Source: Spirochaetota bacterium (GTDB taxonomy: Bacteria; Spirochaetota; Spirochaetia; Treponematales; UBA12059). Taken from it: DNA of 64,000 bases. The stretch is taken from NCBI GenBank assembly GCA_022703505.1, contig JAKLDN010000005.1, positions 200,717-264,716 on the forward strand, read 5' to 3'. Numbering within the stretch: the first letter of the stretch is position 1; each line of letters starts with the position of its first letter. Below the pieces are notes generated by a model that worked only from the letters and a program-made list of their open reading frames with translations, searched no databases and was not told the DNA's origin. A program made the position numbers and the translations under genes. This document shows positions 1 to 9,658 of the stretch, piece after piece.

Positions 1-1
1 C

Positions 2-244
2 GAGCCGACGGTGGGCATCGACATCGGGGCCAAGGAGGAGATCTACGACCACATCCGGGCCCTCTCGGCCCGGGGGGTGTCCGTGCTCCTGGTGTCCTCG
101 GACCTGCCCGAACTGACGCGGCTTTCGGACCGGGTGATCGTGCTCCGCCAGGGCCGATTCTTCCAAGAGTTCCGGGAGTGCGTCCTCACGGGCGAGAAGA
201 TCCTTCGCGCCGCGTCCGGCATCCGGGAGGGAGACGATGAATAA
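2..244 (+). CDS. Sugar ABC transporter ATP-binding protein, C-terminal fragment (begins before the window)
   Basis: Frame from base 2 reads EPTVGIDIGAKEEIY...VSSDLPEL...DRVIVLRQG, the D-loop/H-loop of the second NBD of RbsA/MglA-type ATPases. Confidence 0.9.
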   Translation, partial: EPTVGIDIGAKEEIYDHIRALSARGVSVLLVSSDLPELTRLSDRVIVLRQGRFFQEFRECVLTGEKILRAASGIREGDDE

Positions 245-1196
245 GAAACCGATCGCCACCGAGCTCCGCCTCGCCGTCGTCCTGGTACCCCTGATGGCGG
301 TATTGTCCGTCCTGTCCCCCCGGTTCCTGACCCTGGACAACCTGACCAACGTGGTCTGGTCGGTGTGCCTCATCGGCATCCTGTCCTCCGGGGCCATCTA
401 CCCGCGGATCACCGGGGGCATCGACCTGTCCCTGGGATCCACGGCGGCCCTCTCGGGAATCGTGGTGGACCTCTTCATGAACCGGATGGGAATCCCCTGG
501 ATACCCTCGATCCTGATGACCGTGGTCATCGGCGCCCTGGTGGGCCTGTTCAACGGCTTCATCGTGGCCAAGATCAAGATCCCGGCCTTCGTGGTCACCA
601 TGGCCGCCAAGACCTACCTCTACGGGATCGCCCTGGTGGTGTCCCAGGGGGCCATGCTGGCCATCCTGGAGCCCCGGCCCTTCATCCTGATCAGCACGGG
701 CCGCTTCCTGGGCCTGCCCAACCCCATCTACATCATGGTGGCCCTGGCGGTGACCAGCCAGTTCGTCCTGCGCAGGACGGCCTTCGGGCGGCAGGTCATG
801 GCCGTGGGTTCCAACGAGGTGGCCGCCCGGCTGTCCGGGGTGGATCCCGACCGGGTTCGGCTGATCTCGTACACGATCTCCGGCGGGACCTCCGCCGTGG
901 GCGGCGTGATCCTGGCCTCCCTGACCCAGCAGGTCTTCGCGGCCGCGGCCTCGGGGATCGAGCTGGACGTGATGACCGCCCTGGTGATCGGCGGCACCAG
1001 CGCCGTGGGCGGACGGGGTTCCGTGCTGGGCGCCCTGATCGGGGCCATCATGGTGGCCTTCATCATCAACGGCCTCAACCTCATGAACATCCCGGCGCCG
1101 TTCCACCCCATCGTGACCGGCTCGGTGATCATATTGGCCCTGCTCCTGAACGAGGGCTACCTGGTGCCCAAGCGGCGGACCCTCTCGAGGGCCTAG
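237..1196 (+). CDS. Monosaccharide ABC transporter permease (RbsC family)
   Basis: Hydrophobic 319 aa protein with ITGGIDLS, FGRQVMAVGSNEVAARLSG and IGGTSAVGGRGS motifs; overlaps the upstream ATPase. Confidence 0.92.
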   Translation: MNKKPIATELRLAVVLVPLMAVLSVLSPRFLTLDNLTNVVWSVCLIGILSSGAIYPRITGGIDLSLGSTAALSGIVVDLFMNRMGIPWIPSILMTVVIGALVGLFNGFIVAKIKIPAFVVTMAAKTYLYGIALVVSQGAMLAILEPRPFILISTGRFLGLPNPIYIMVALAVTSQFVLRRTAFGRQVMAVGSNEVAARLSGVDPDRVRLISYTISGGTSAVGGVILASLTQQVFAAAASGIELDVMTALVIGGTSAVGGRGSVLGALIGAIMVAFIINGLNLMNIPAPFHPIVTGSVIILALLLNEGYLVPKRRTLSRA

Positions 1197-1280
1197 CCGG
1201 GGGCCGGCGGATCGGTCCCGGGGCGCGGCGCCGTCCCGGGATCGGGATAGAACGACAGAACGAATCGCAGGAGGAACGTT

Positions 1281-2345
1281 TTGGCAAAGATAGACGGAAT
1301 CACCCGGGAATCCTGGATCCTGGGAACCTTCCCCGAGTGGGGGACCTGGCTCAACGAGGAGATCGAGGAGGAAAAGGTCGCACCCGGCACTTTCGCCATG
1401 TGGTGGCTGGGCTGTACGGGTATCTGGCTCAAGTCCCCCGGGGGGGCGAATCTCTGCACGGATTTCTGGGTCGGTACCGGAAAGAAGACCCACAAGAATC
1501 CCGTGATGGCCGCGGGGCACCAGATGCAGAGGATGACGGGGGCCAAGAAGCTCCAGCTCAACCTCCGGAACTCGATCTTCCCCCTGGATCCCTTCGCCAT
1601 CCGGAACGTGGACGCGATCCTGGCCACCCACGACCACAACGACCACATCGACGTGAACGTGGCCGCCGCGGTCCTCAAGAACTGCGATCCGGCCGTGCCC
1701 TTCGTCGGGCCGGCTGCCTGCGTGAAGCTCTGGACCTCCTGGGGAGTGCCGGAAACGCGCTGCGTGACCGTAAAGCCCGGGGACACGGTGAAGGTGAAGG
1801 ACGTGGAGATCCTGGCCCTGGAGTCCTTCGACCGGACCGCCCTGATCACCGCCCCCGCGGACCAGGGCCTTTCCGGTAGGATGCCCCAGGACATGGACGA
1901 GCGGGCGGTGAACTACCTCTTCAAGACCCCCGGCGGCTCCCTCTACCACTCCGGGGACTCCCACTATTCGAACCACTACGCAAAGCACGGCAACGAGCAC
2001 CGGATCGACGTGGCCCTGGGCTCCTTCGGGGAGAACCCCCGAGGCGTGACGGACAAGATGACCAGCGTGGATATCCTGCGCATGGCCGAGTGCCTGAACG
2101 CCAAGACGGTCATCCCCTTCCACCACGACATCTGGACCAACTTCCAGGCGGATCCCATGGAAGTGGTGGCCCTGTGGAGGATGCGGAAGGACCGTCTGGG
2201 CTACGGCTTCACCCCCTTCGTCTGGCAGGTGGGGGGCAAGTTCACCTGGCCCGCCGACCGGGACCGGATCGAGTACCACTATCCCCGGGGCTTCGAGGAC
2301 GTCTTCGAGGGCCCGACGGACCTGCCGTACCCCTCGTTCCTGTAG
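1281..2345 (+). CDS. ulaG: L-ascorbate 6-phosphate lactonase (UlaG, metallo-beta-lactamase fold)
   Basis: N-terminal [15 protein letters not shown] and [10 protein letters not shown], metal motif [15 protein letters not shown] and IPFHHDIW are typical of UlaG. TTG start follows aggagg. Confidence 0.9.
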   Translation: MAKIDGITRESWILGTFPEWGTWLNEEIEEEKVAPGTFAMWWLGCTGIWLKSPGGANLCTDFWVGTGKKTHKNPVMAAGHQMQRMTGAKKLQLNLRNSIFPLDPFAIRNVDAILATHDHNDHIDVNVAAAVLKNCDPAVPFVGPAACVKLWTSWGVPETRCVTVKPGDTVKVKDVEILALESFDRTALITAPADQGLSGRMPQDMDERAVNYLFKTPGGSLYHSGDSHYSNHYAKHGNEHRIDVALGSFGENPRGVTDKMTSVDILRMAECLNAKTVIPFHHDIWTNFQADPMEVVALWRMRKDRLGYGFTPFVWQVGGKFTWPADRDRIEYHYPRGFEDVFEGPTDLPYPSFL

Positions 2346-2362
2346 CGCCCGGACGCGGGCGG

Positions 2363-2400
2363 CCGACCTCGCCGAAACCATCCGGTTTCGGCGAGGTCGG
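2363..2400. repeat. Perfect 17-bp inverted repeat downstream of ulaG
   Basis: ccgacctcgccgaaacc (2363-2379), loop atcc, ggtttcggcgaggtcgg (2384-2400). Confidence 0.85.
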
Positions 2401-2423
2401 CGGATCGTCTATCCGCAGTATGC

Positions 2424-2455
2424 AAAAAGGCCCCCGGGAAACCGGGGGCCTTTTT
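2424..2455. terminator. Bidirectional intrinsic terminator
   Basis: aaaaaggcccccgg-gaaa-ccgggggccttttt: GC stem with A5/T5 tails, between convergent ulaG and satP. Confidence 0.85.
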
Positions 2456-2523
2456 GGGCCGCATCGGAAGCGCGGGCGGCTTCGGGCCCGAACGGCCGGC
2501 CGTGCGTTCCGCGGAGCTACCGG

Positions 2524-3150
2524 TCAGCCGCGGCGGATGCCGAAGGCCTTTCCGAGGGGCAGGACCGTCCGGCCGAACTGGGCGTTCAGGATGGCCGCCG
2601 CGGAGGCGTAGAAGGACGCCAGGGCGATGGCCAGTTCCGCCCAGCCCGCCAGGGCATGGAAGAACTCCCGGGCTATCCCGAGCACGGACAGGGACAGGCC
2701 CAGGAAGAGCAGGTCGATCAGCACGAAGATCCCGAACAGGACCTTGGTCGTGGCCAGGGCCCCCAGGGTCATGTAGAGGCTGAAGATCAGGTACCCCAAA
2801 AAGGCGACGCCCAACTGGCGGACATCCGCCCGGGCCGCGACCTCGGCCCCGAACCAGCCGCCCTGGATCATCCAGGTCATCCCGACGGCGAACCAGAAGA
2901 AGGCGTAGCCTCCGAAGGCCGTGGCGCCGAAGGCGTTGTTCAGCTTGGCGTCCAGGATGGACGCGTAGAGCTGGAGGGACGCGCCCAGGAAGAGGGCCCA
3001 GGGCAACTCGAAGGCGGTGCCCGAGGTCCAGCCGAGTTTCTGGGTGGAGGCGACCAGGGTCACCATGGCCAGTCCGAAGAGGCCCATGGCCGAGGGGTTG
3101 GCCACGACGATGCTGGTCTTGCTGTGGGGTTGGTTGAGGGGGTCCGACAT
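2524..3150 (-). CDS. satP: Acetate/succinate uptake transporter, SatP (YaaH/GPR1/FUN34) family
   Basis: ANPSAMGLFGLAMVTL signature, NAFGATAFGGYAFFW, six hydrophobic segments. Start placed at ATG 3150. Confidence 0.85.
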   Translation of the reverse strand: MSDPLNQPHSKTSIVVANPSAMGLFGLAMVTLVASTQKLGWTSGTAFELPWALFLGASLQLYASILDAKLNNAFGATAFGGYAFFWFAVGMTWMIQGGWFGAEVAARADVRQLGVAFLGYLIFSLYMTLGALATTKVLFGIFVLIDLLFLGLSLSVLGIAREFFHALAGWAELAIALASFYASAAAILNAQFGRTVLPLGKAFGIRRG

Positions 3151-3157
3151 GGCCGGG

Positions 3158-3186
3158 ATACTATCTATATAAAAGGACTTAATCAA
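3158..3186 (-). promoter_or_regulatory. Sigma70-like promoter for satP (probably leaderless)
   Basis: Minus strand TTGATT-17 nt-TAGTAT, then 7 nt to the ATG, with no SD sequence. Confidence 0.55.
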
Positions 3187-3269
3187 GGGATCGGGAAGGA
3201 ATCATTCTCTTTATTGGCGGCCAGGGCATAGGCCGAGATCCGCCGGGCGGATACCGGCCGCCCTTCCGC

Positions 3270-3965
3270 TTATTTCTGCCCGTAGTACGCGCCGGCCCCG
3301 TGCTTCCGCAGGTAGTGCCGATCCAGCAGCTCCTTGGGCATGGGCCCGGGATCGCCGAAAGACCGGGACAGGATGGACATGCGGGCCACCTCCTCCAGGA
3401 CCACGGCGTTCATGGCCGCGTCCCCGGGGCTCTTCCCCCAGGCGAAGGGCCCGTGGCTGCGCACCAGGACCGCGGGGACCCGGGCGGGGTCGATCCCCCG
3501 GGTCCGGAAGGTCTCCACGATGACGTTCCCGGTCTCGGCCTCGTACTCCCCCTCGATCTCCGCCCGGGTCATGGCCCGGGTGCAGGGCACGGGACCGTAG
3601 AAGTGGTCCGCGTGGGTGGTACCCTCGGCGGCCAGGTCGGCCCCGGCCTGGGCCAGGGCGGTGGCGTGGACCGAGTGGGTGTGCACCACGCCCCCCAGGG
3701 AGGGGAAGGCCCGGTACAGGACCAGGTGGGTGGCCAGGTCCGAGGAGGGGCGGAGCTTGCCTTCCAGGACCTTGCCGTCGAGATCCACCAGGACCATGTC
3801 CGCCGCTTTCATGACGTCGTAGGGCACCCCCGAGGGCTTGATGGCAACGATCCCGCGCTCCCGGTCGATGCCGGAGGCGTTGCCCCAGGTCAGGATGGCC
3901 AGGCCCCGGTCCCGGAGCTCCAGGTTGGCCCGGAACACGGCTTCCTTCAGTTCCTCGACGGTCAT
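3270..3965 (-). CDS. ulaF: L-ribulose-5-phosphate 4-epimerase (AraD/UlaF/SgbE)
   Basis: [37 protein letters not shown] and [14 protein letters not shown] motifs. True start at 3965 (MTVEELKE). Confidence 0.92.
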   Translation of the reverse strand: MTVEELKEAVFRANLELRDRGLAILTWGNASGIDRERGIVAIKPSGVPYDVMKAADMVLVDLDGKVLEGKLRPSSDLATHLVLYRAFPSLGGVVHTHSVHATALAQAGADLAAEGTTHADHFYGPVPCTRAMTRAEIEGEYEAETGNVIVETFRTRGIDPARVPAVLVRSHGPFAWGKSPGDAAMNAVVLEEVARMSILSRSFGDPGPMPKELLDRHYLRKHGAGAYYGQK

Positions 3966-4834
3966 GCGACGCCTCCTTCCCGCATCCGGCCCAGGATCCA
4001 CTCCCGGGCGGCCCGGATCTCCGCGGCCGGGTCCGGGGACTGATGGGTCCACATCTCGATCAGGTAGGAGCCACGATACCCTATCGACCGCAGGGCGCGG
4101 AAGGCCCCGGGGAAGTCCACGCACCCGGTCCCGAAGGGCACCTCCCGGAACCGACCCGGGAAGCCCGGCCGGGGTTTCAGGGTGTCCTTGAGGTGGACCG
4201 CGGCGATGCGTCCCTTGGCCTTCGCAAGCTCCCCGGGCACGTCCTCGGCCCAAGCCGAGAGGTTCCCGATGTCCGGGTAGACCTGGAACCAGGCGGAAGG
4301 CAGTTTCTCCGCGAACTCGAGCCACCGGGAGACGGTCCCCATGAAGGGGGTGTCCATGATCTCCATGGCGACGCAGACCTGGGCCCGTTCCGCCAGCTCC
4401 ACCGCCTCGGCCAGGCCCTCCCGGTACCTCTCCCGGGACTCGGGGGTGGAAGGCTCGTAGTAGACGTCGTAGCCCGCCAGCTGGATGGTCCGGATACCGA
4501 CGTCCGCCGCGAGGTCCAGGGCCCGGACCATGATGTCCCGGGAGCGCTCCCGCACCGCCGGATCCGCGCTTCCGAAGGGATACAGGCGGTGCCCGGACAG
4601 GCACATCGAGGGCACCCGGAGCCCGGAGTCCGCCACGGCCTCGCGGAAGGCGGCCCGCTCCCCGGCGCTCCACTCCAGGCGGGCCAGCCGGGCGTCCGTC
4701 TCGTCCACGGACATCTCGACGTAGTCGTAGCCCGCCTCCCGGGCCGCCCGGAGCATCCCGGGCCAGTCGAGTCCCGCGGGCAGGGCCTTCTCGTAGATGC
4801 CGATCCGGGGAGGCAGGGGCAGCCGCTCGTCCAC
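3962..4834 (-). CDS. ulaE: L-xylulose/L-ribulose-5-phosphate 3-epimerase (UlaE/SgbU)
   Basis: [38 protein letters not shown] and HLKDT motifs. GTG start just after the ulaD stop. Confidence 0.92.
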   Translation of the reverse strand: MDERLPLPPRIGIYEKALPAGLDWPGMLRAAREAGYDYVEMSVDETDARLARLEWSAGERAAFREAVADSGLRVPSMCLSGHRLYPFGSADPAVRERSRDIMVRALDLAADVGIRTIQLAGYDVYYEPSTPESRERYREGLAEAVELAERAQVCVAMEIMDTPFMGTVSRWLEFAEKLPSAWFQVYPDIGNLSAWAEDVPGELAKAKGRIAAVHLKDTLKPRPGFPGRFREVPFGTGCVDFPGAFRALRSIGYRGSYLIEMWTHQSPDPAAEIRAAREWILGRMREGGVA

Positions 4835-4836
4835 GA

Positions 4837-5514
4837 CTAACCCCAGAGCTCGGCGATCCGGGCCTTGAAGGACCGGGCCGCGGCGGCGGGATCCGCGGCG
4901 TCCCGGATGGAGCGCCCGGAGATGAAGACCTTCACGGGGATGCCCTTGAACAGGGGGAGGTCCTCCTCCACGAGGCCGCCGGTGATGGACAGGTCGAAGC
5001 CCATGTCCGCCAGGCGGCGGATCTTGGCCAGGTCCTCCTCGCCCCAGGACTGGCCGGCGGCCTGGGCATCCCGCCCTCGATGGTATACGACCTGCTTGAC
5101 CCCTGCGGCCCGCCACGCGGCGGCCTCCTCCCAGGTCCAGGATCCCGTCAGCTCGACCTGGACGTCCCGAGGCACGCCGCCGGTCTTTCCCGCTTCGTTG
5201 CGGGCCTTGGCGGCCGCCAGGGCGGTCTCGACCGTGGCGATGGGGGCGCAGCAGATGACCGTCATCCAGTCCGCCCCGGCGTCGTAGACCATGTTGGCCA
5301 GGATGGTGCCCGCGTCCGCAGCCTTTATGTCCGCCAGGACGATGCGATTCGGGTACAGGGCCTTGAGGCAGCGCACCGCCTGCATCCCCTCGGAACAGCA
5401 GAGGATGGTTCCGGCTTCCAGGACGTCGACTTCCGAAGCCAGGAGCCGGGTGGAGACCAGGGCGTCGGGAAGGGTCTTGTTGTCCAGGGCCAGTTGGAGA
5501 AGGGGTAGGGCCAT
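4837..5514 (-). CDS. ulaD: 3-keto-L-gulonate-6-phosphate decarboxylase (UlaD/SgbH)
   Basis: [38 protein letters not shown] and GRSIRDA motifs; aaggag SD upstream. Confidence 0.92.
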   Translation of the reverse strand: MALPLLQLALDNKTLPDALVSTRLLASEVDVLEAGTILCCSEGMQAVRCLKALYPNRIVLADIKAADAGTILANMVYDAGADWMTVICCAPIATVETALAAAKARNEAGKTGGVPRDVQVELTGSWTWEEAAAWRAAGVKQVVYHRGRDAQAAGQSWGEEDLAKIRRLADMGFDLSITGGLVEEDLPLFKGIPVKVFISGRSIRDAADPAAAARSFKARIAELWG

Positions 5515-5566
5515 TGGATACTCCTTTTGAGCGTTATTTGAGCGTGTCGAGCTATTTTCTGTTCAT

Positions 5567-5595
5567 ATTGTAGATCGATACTTGGAATAATGCAA
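5567..5595 (-). promoter_or_regulatory. Sigma70-like promoter for ulaD-ulaE-ulaF
   Basis: Minus strand TTGCAT-17 nt-TACAAT in an AT-rich intergenic region. Confidence 0.55.
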
Positions 5596-5728
5596 GTTAA
5601 TTGTTCTTTTCTTTATCTTTCGATCATTTTTCAACAGGAGTGGATCCTCCACCCTGTATTCGCAGCACGAGGCGATCTCGAGTGCGGCCGTCCCGTATTC
5701 CTCCCCGGGAAGAAGAAGGGAAAGTACC

Positions 5729-5763
5729 TTGACATCTGTGAATGAATGAATTATACATTCATT
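5729..5763 (+). promoter_or_regulatory. Promoter with overlapping inverted-repeat operator upstream of TetR gene
   Basis: TTGACA (5729-5734)-17 nt-TATACA (5752-5757). Inverted repeat aatgaatg-N7-cattcatt (5741-5763) covers the -10. Confidence 0.6.
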
Positions 5764-5782
5764 TATACTGATGGGAGTCTTC

Positions 5783-6391
5783 ATGAAACCCTTTTTGGAA
5801 GAAGAGCGAAGCAGGATCCGGAACGCGCTTCGGGAAACCGCCGCGGTGGAGTTCGGCCGGCGGGGGATCCGGGGAACGGGTATCCAGGAACTCTGCGGCC
5901 GGGCCGGCATCGCCTCGGGCAGTTTCTACGCGTTCTACGATTCCAAGGAACGCCTGTATGCCGAGTTGCTCAGAGAGCGCTACGCGGCGAACGCGGAGGC
6001 CTTCCGAAGGGTCTCCGCAATGACCTCGCGACCGGCGGAAACCCTGGAAGCCCTCATGAAGGGGGCCCTCGAAGCGTTCCGGTCCGACCCCCTGCTCCGG
6101 CGGATGACGGATCCCGAAGACCGGGCCCTCCTGAGACGCAAGCTTCCGGAGGAGGTTTGGAAAGCCTTGGACGAAGCCTCCCTGGGGGCCATGGTGACCT
6201 TCGTCCGGGACTGGCAGGCCCGGGGACTCCTCGTCGAGGGAGACCCGCGGACCCTGGCCCTGCTTCTGACCTCCCACTTCTTCCTATACCTTCACGCCGA
6301 CCAGATCGGCGAAGACCGGTTTGACGCGGTGATCGCCCTGTTCGCCCGGTGCACGGCGCGGGGCCTGACCGATGTAAGGAGAGTCCCATGA
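5783..6391 (+). CDS. TetR/AcrR family transcriptional regulator
   Basis: N-terminal HTH: FGRRGIRGTGIQELCGRAGIASGSFYAFYDSKERL. ggag SD before ATG 5783 (alternative start 5771). Confidence 0.85.
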   Translation: MKPFLEEERSRIRNALRETAAVEFGRRGIRGTGIQELCGRAGIASGSFYAFYDSKERLYAELLRERYAANAEAFRRVSAMTSRPAETLEALMKGALEAFRSDPLLRRMTDPEDRALLRRKLPEEVWKALDEASLGAMVTFVRDWQARGLLVEGDPRTLALLLTSHFFLYLHADQIGEDRFDAVIALFARCTARGLTDVRRVP

Positions 6392-7326
6392 CAAGAGACC
6401 GTGCATTCCTGAAGGGCTTGAGGAACACCGGCGGGTTCCTGGCCACCCTCCTGTTGGCGGGGGCCGCCTTCATCGCCGCGAGCCTGGCCGTCCCGGTCCC
6501 GGGGGCGATCCGGGCCGCTGTCCCTGCCTCCGGATTCCTCCCGGCCCCCCTGGATTTCCTCTCCTTCCTGGGCTCCCTGGCCCTACTGGCGTACTGGACG
6601 GCCCGCAGGTCCGCGGTGCCCGGGTGGAAGCGGGTAGGCCAGGTAGCCGTCCTGGTAATCGGGGCCCAGACTTTCATGACCCAGATCGAGACGGCCTATT
6701 TTCTGGAGGCGTTTCCCCTGCTACAGGGATCCTTCGAAACCTACAGGATGGTCCTGCGGGGAGCGCTCTGGGGTTTCGCCGCCGCGGCGGCGGCAACTCT
6801 TCTGACCGGAGGGTTCCGGAAGACCGCCGAGCTCCGGGAGCCCCGGTTCACCGTGGATCCGGTCCGCGCCCTGGCCCGGACGGCGATCCTCGGGGCCGCG
6901 TACCTGGTCCTGTACATGCTCTTCGGGTACTACGTCGCCTGGCAGTCCGAGGCGGTCCGCCTCTTCTACTCCGGGAACGCGGACAAGCTCGGATTCTTCG
7001 CCCAATGGGGACGATCCTTCATGGAAAAACCCGAGATCCCGGTCTTCCAGTGGTTCCGGGGCTGCCTCTGGGTCCTGTGCCTGGTGCCCCTGTTCCGGGG
7101 ATTCACGGGCGGCCGCGTGGAACTGACCATCCTTTCCGGGCTCGCCCTCGGAATCCTGCCCACGGCCCAGTTGGCCTTCCCGAATCCCTTGATGCCCCCC
7201 GCGGTTAGCCTGGCCCATTTCTGGGAAGTGTCCGTATCCACGGGCCTTCTGGGCGCCCTGGCGGCGCTTTGGGTGCCGGAAACCGCGAACCCCGCAGGAA
7301 AGCCCGAAGTTCGTATTGACAGATGA
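6388..7326 (+). CDS. Hypothetical multi-pass membrane protein, coupled to the TetR gene
   Basis: ATGA overlap with the TetR stop; several hydrophobic helices; no family motif recognised. Confidence 0.7.
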   Translation: MTRDRAFLKGLRNTGGFLATLLLAGAAFIAASLAVPVPGAIRAAVPASGFLPAPLDFLSFLGSLALLAYWTARRSAVPGWKRVGQVAVLVIGAQTFMTQIETAYFLEAFPLLQGSFETYRMVLRGALWGFAAAAAATLLTGGFRKTAELREPRFTVDPVRALARTAILGAAYLVLYMLFGYYVAWQSEAVRLFYSGNADKLGFFAQWGRSFMEKPEIPVFQWFRGCLWVLCLVPLFRGFTGGRVELTILSGLALGILPTAQLAFPNPLMPPAVSLAHFWEVSVSTGLLGALAALWVPETANPAGKPEVRIDR

Positions 7327-7532
7327 AACGGCACGGGGATACAACGTAATCATTACGCGCGGGAGCCCCTGAAGACGCTCCCGCGCACGGCCGGTGCCAC
7401 GACAACCAGGATGCACGGAATCCCGACCGGGGAGGTTTCCTCGGTGTCCGAAGGATCCTCGGTTCTTCCCTCCGAACCCTCCTCCATTCCCACCCTCTCA
7501 TCCCGTTCTTTCCGTCGAAAGGAGGATCCTCC

Positions 7533-7994
7533 ATGACGACGAGCCAGATCATCCGGTCCCTGGAACCGACCCAGGACAACCTCCTGGCGATCCTGCACCG
7601 GGTACAGGACGCGAATCCCGCGAACTTCCTGGACCAGCCGGAACTCCGCGAGGTCGCCGATTATCTGGAGCTTCCGTACAGCTTCGTCTACGGAGTGGCG
7701 ACATTCTACTCGATGTTTTCCGTGAAGCCCCGGGGCCGCCATGTCGTCCGGGTCTGCGCCTCGCCGCCCTGCCACCTCATGGGCGGGCGGACCATCCGGG
7801 ACGAACTCCGCGAGTATCTGGGGGTGGAGTTCGGCGACACGACCGAGGACGGCCTGTTCACCCTGGAGCTCTCCAGCTGTCTGGGAACCTGCGGCATCGC
7901 CCCGGCCATGATGATCGACGGGGAGATCTTCGGGAACCTCGACGGGGTCCGGCTCCGGGAGATCCTCGATCGGAAGCGAAGGGAGGAGCCATGA
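7533..7994 (+). CDS. hydC: [FeFe]-hydrogenase gamma subunit (NuoE-like, [2Fe-2S])
   Basis: GVATFYSMF, VCASPPCH and SSCLGTC give four Cys ligands; aggagg SD. Confidence 0.88.
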   Translation: MTTSQIIRSLEPTQDNLLAILHRVQDANPANFLDQPELREVADYLELPYSFVYGVATFYSMFSVKPRGRHVVRVCASPPCHLMGGRTIRDELREYLGVEFGDTTEDGLFTLELSSCLGTCGIAPAMMIDGEIFGNLDGVRLREILDRKRREEP

Positions 7995-9658
7995 TCCCCC
8001 TGATGCACGTCATCCTCGACGTGGGCGCGGAGGCGGAGCAGGCCGGCGCCCGGAAATTCCGGGAGGTCCTGGAAGCCAAGCTGCGGAAGGAGTTCCTGTC
8101 GGAGGACGTCCGGATCGTGGAATCCGCCAACCTCGGCGTCAGCGGCCAGGGCGTCTGCATGCTCGTCTACCCCGACGAAGTGTACTACGGGAACCTGAAA
8201 CTCTCCGACGCGGACCGCATCGTCGACCAGCACTTCATCAACGGCAAGCCCGTGGAGGAGCTCTTCCTGGACTCGCCGGAGATGCGGCGCCTCATGGCAT
8301 GGCGCCGGCGGGAAGGGATCATCAAGAAGGGCCGAGGCCGTGTGGTCCTGGACAACGTGGGGGCCGTCGACCCGGAAAACCTGGCCGAGTACAAGTCCCG
8401 GGACGGCTTCCGGGCCCTGGCGGAAGCGGTGCGGGGCGGCACCCCGGAGGGGGTCCTGGACACCGTCAAGCGATCCGGCCTGCGGGGCCGGGGAGGCGCG
8501 GGCTTCCCGACGGGGATGAAGTGGGAGGCCGTCCGGGAGGCCCCGGGGGACAGGAAGTACGTGATCTGCAACGCCGACGAGGGCGAGCCGGGCACCTTCA
8601 AGGATCGGATCATCCTGGAGGGGGATCCCTTCCGCGTGTTGGAGGCCATGGCCCTGGCGGGCTACGCGACCGGAGCGGAGGAGGGCTACGTCTATGTCCG
8701 GGGAGAGTACCGGACCTCGATCGACCGCCTGGAGAACGCCATCCGGAAGTCCCGGGAAGCGGGGTACCTGGGCCGGAATATCCTGGGCTCGCCCTTCTCC
8801 TTCGAGGTGAGGGTCAAGGAGGGCGCGGGGGCCTACATCTGCGGGGAGGAGACCGCCCTGATCGAGTCCCTGGAGGGGAAGCGCGGCACCCCCCGTCTGA
8901 AGCCTCCCTACCCGGTGACGGAGGGACTCTGGGGACGGCCCACGGTGGTGAACAACGTGGAGACCCTGGCCAACGTCCCGCCGATCCTGCGCAACGGGGC
9001 CGACTGGTTCCGGAAGTTCGGCACGGAGCGCTCCCCGGGCACCAAGATCTACCTGATCATCGGGCATGTCGTCAGCCCGGGCCTGGTCGAGGTGGAGACC
9101 ACGACGAGCCTGCGGGAGCTCATCTACGGCTACGGCGGGGGTATCCGGGGACGCAGGCGGCTCAAGGCGGTCCAGGTGGGCGGCTCCTCCGGGGGGATCT
9201 TCGACCCGAGCGTCCTGGACGAGGCCATGCACTTCGACGCCCTCAAGGAAAAGGGCGGCATCCTGGGTTCCGGGTCCATGCTGGTCATGGACGAGACCAC
9301 CTGCATCGTGGACATGGTCCACGGGATCCTCAATTTCTTCCTCCACGAGTCCTGCGGGGCCTGCTTCCCCTGCCGGATCGGCAACGAGCGGCTGGTCCGG
9401 ACGGTGAACGGTTTCCGCAGCGGATCCGCCCGCCCGTCCGACATCGACCTCCTGGAGGAGATCGCGTCGGCCATGAAGGTCGCCTCGTACTGCGCCCTGG
9501 GGCAGTCGCCGTTCCTGCCCCTGAGCACCGCGATCCGCTACTTCCGGGAGGAATTCGAGGAGCACGTGAACGGGAAATGCAGGGCGGGGGTGTGCCGCTT
9601 CAAGGTCCTGAAGGAACGACAGGAGGCCCGGCGATGGACGGTCGTGATGTCGCGGTGA
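7991..9658 (+). CDS. hydB: [FeFe]-hydrogenase beta subunit (NuoF-like NADH/FMN-binding)
   Basis: SGLRGRGGAGFPTG, NADEGEPGTFKDR, GAGAYICGEETALIESLEG and ESCGACFPCRIG...C. Start MIPLMH at 7991. Confidence 0.9.
   Translation: MIPLMHVILDVGAEAEQAGARKFREVLEAKLRKEFLSEDVRIVESANLGVSGQGVCMLVYPDEVYYGNLKLSDADRIVDQHFINGKPVEELFLDSPEMRRLMAWRRREGIIKKGRGRVVLDNVGAVDPENLAEYKSRDGFRALAEAVRGGTPEGVLDTVKRSGLRGRGGAGFPTGMKWEAVREAPGDRKYVICNADEGEPGTFKDRIILEGDPFRVLEAMALAGYATGAEEGYVYVRGEYRTSIDRLENAIRKSREAGYLGRNILGSPFSFEVRVKEGAGAYICGEETALIESLEGKRGTPRLKPPYPVTEGLWGRPTVVNNVETLANVPPILRNGADWFRKFGTERSPGTKIYLIIGHVVSPGLVEVETTTSLRELIYGYGGGIRGRRRLKAVQVGGSSGGIFDPSVLDEAMHFDALKEKGGILGSGSMLVMDETTCIVDMVHGILNFFLHESCGACFPCRIGNERLVRTVNGFRSGSARPSDIDLLEEIASAMKVASYCALGQSPFLPLSTAIRYFREEFEEHVNGKCRAGVCRFKVLKERQEARRWTVVMSR

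Noticed and set aside
8299-9633. Apparent 1036-aa HydA with a long N-terminal extension, or a frameshift fusion with HydB
   Set aside because: The extension is an off-frame read of hydB. hydA has its own aggagg SD and ATG at 9634.
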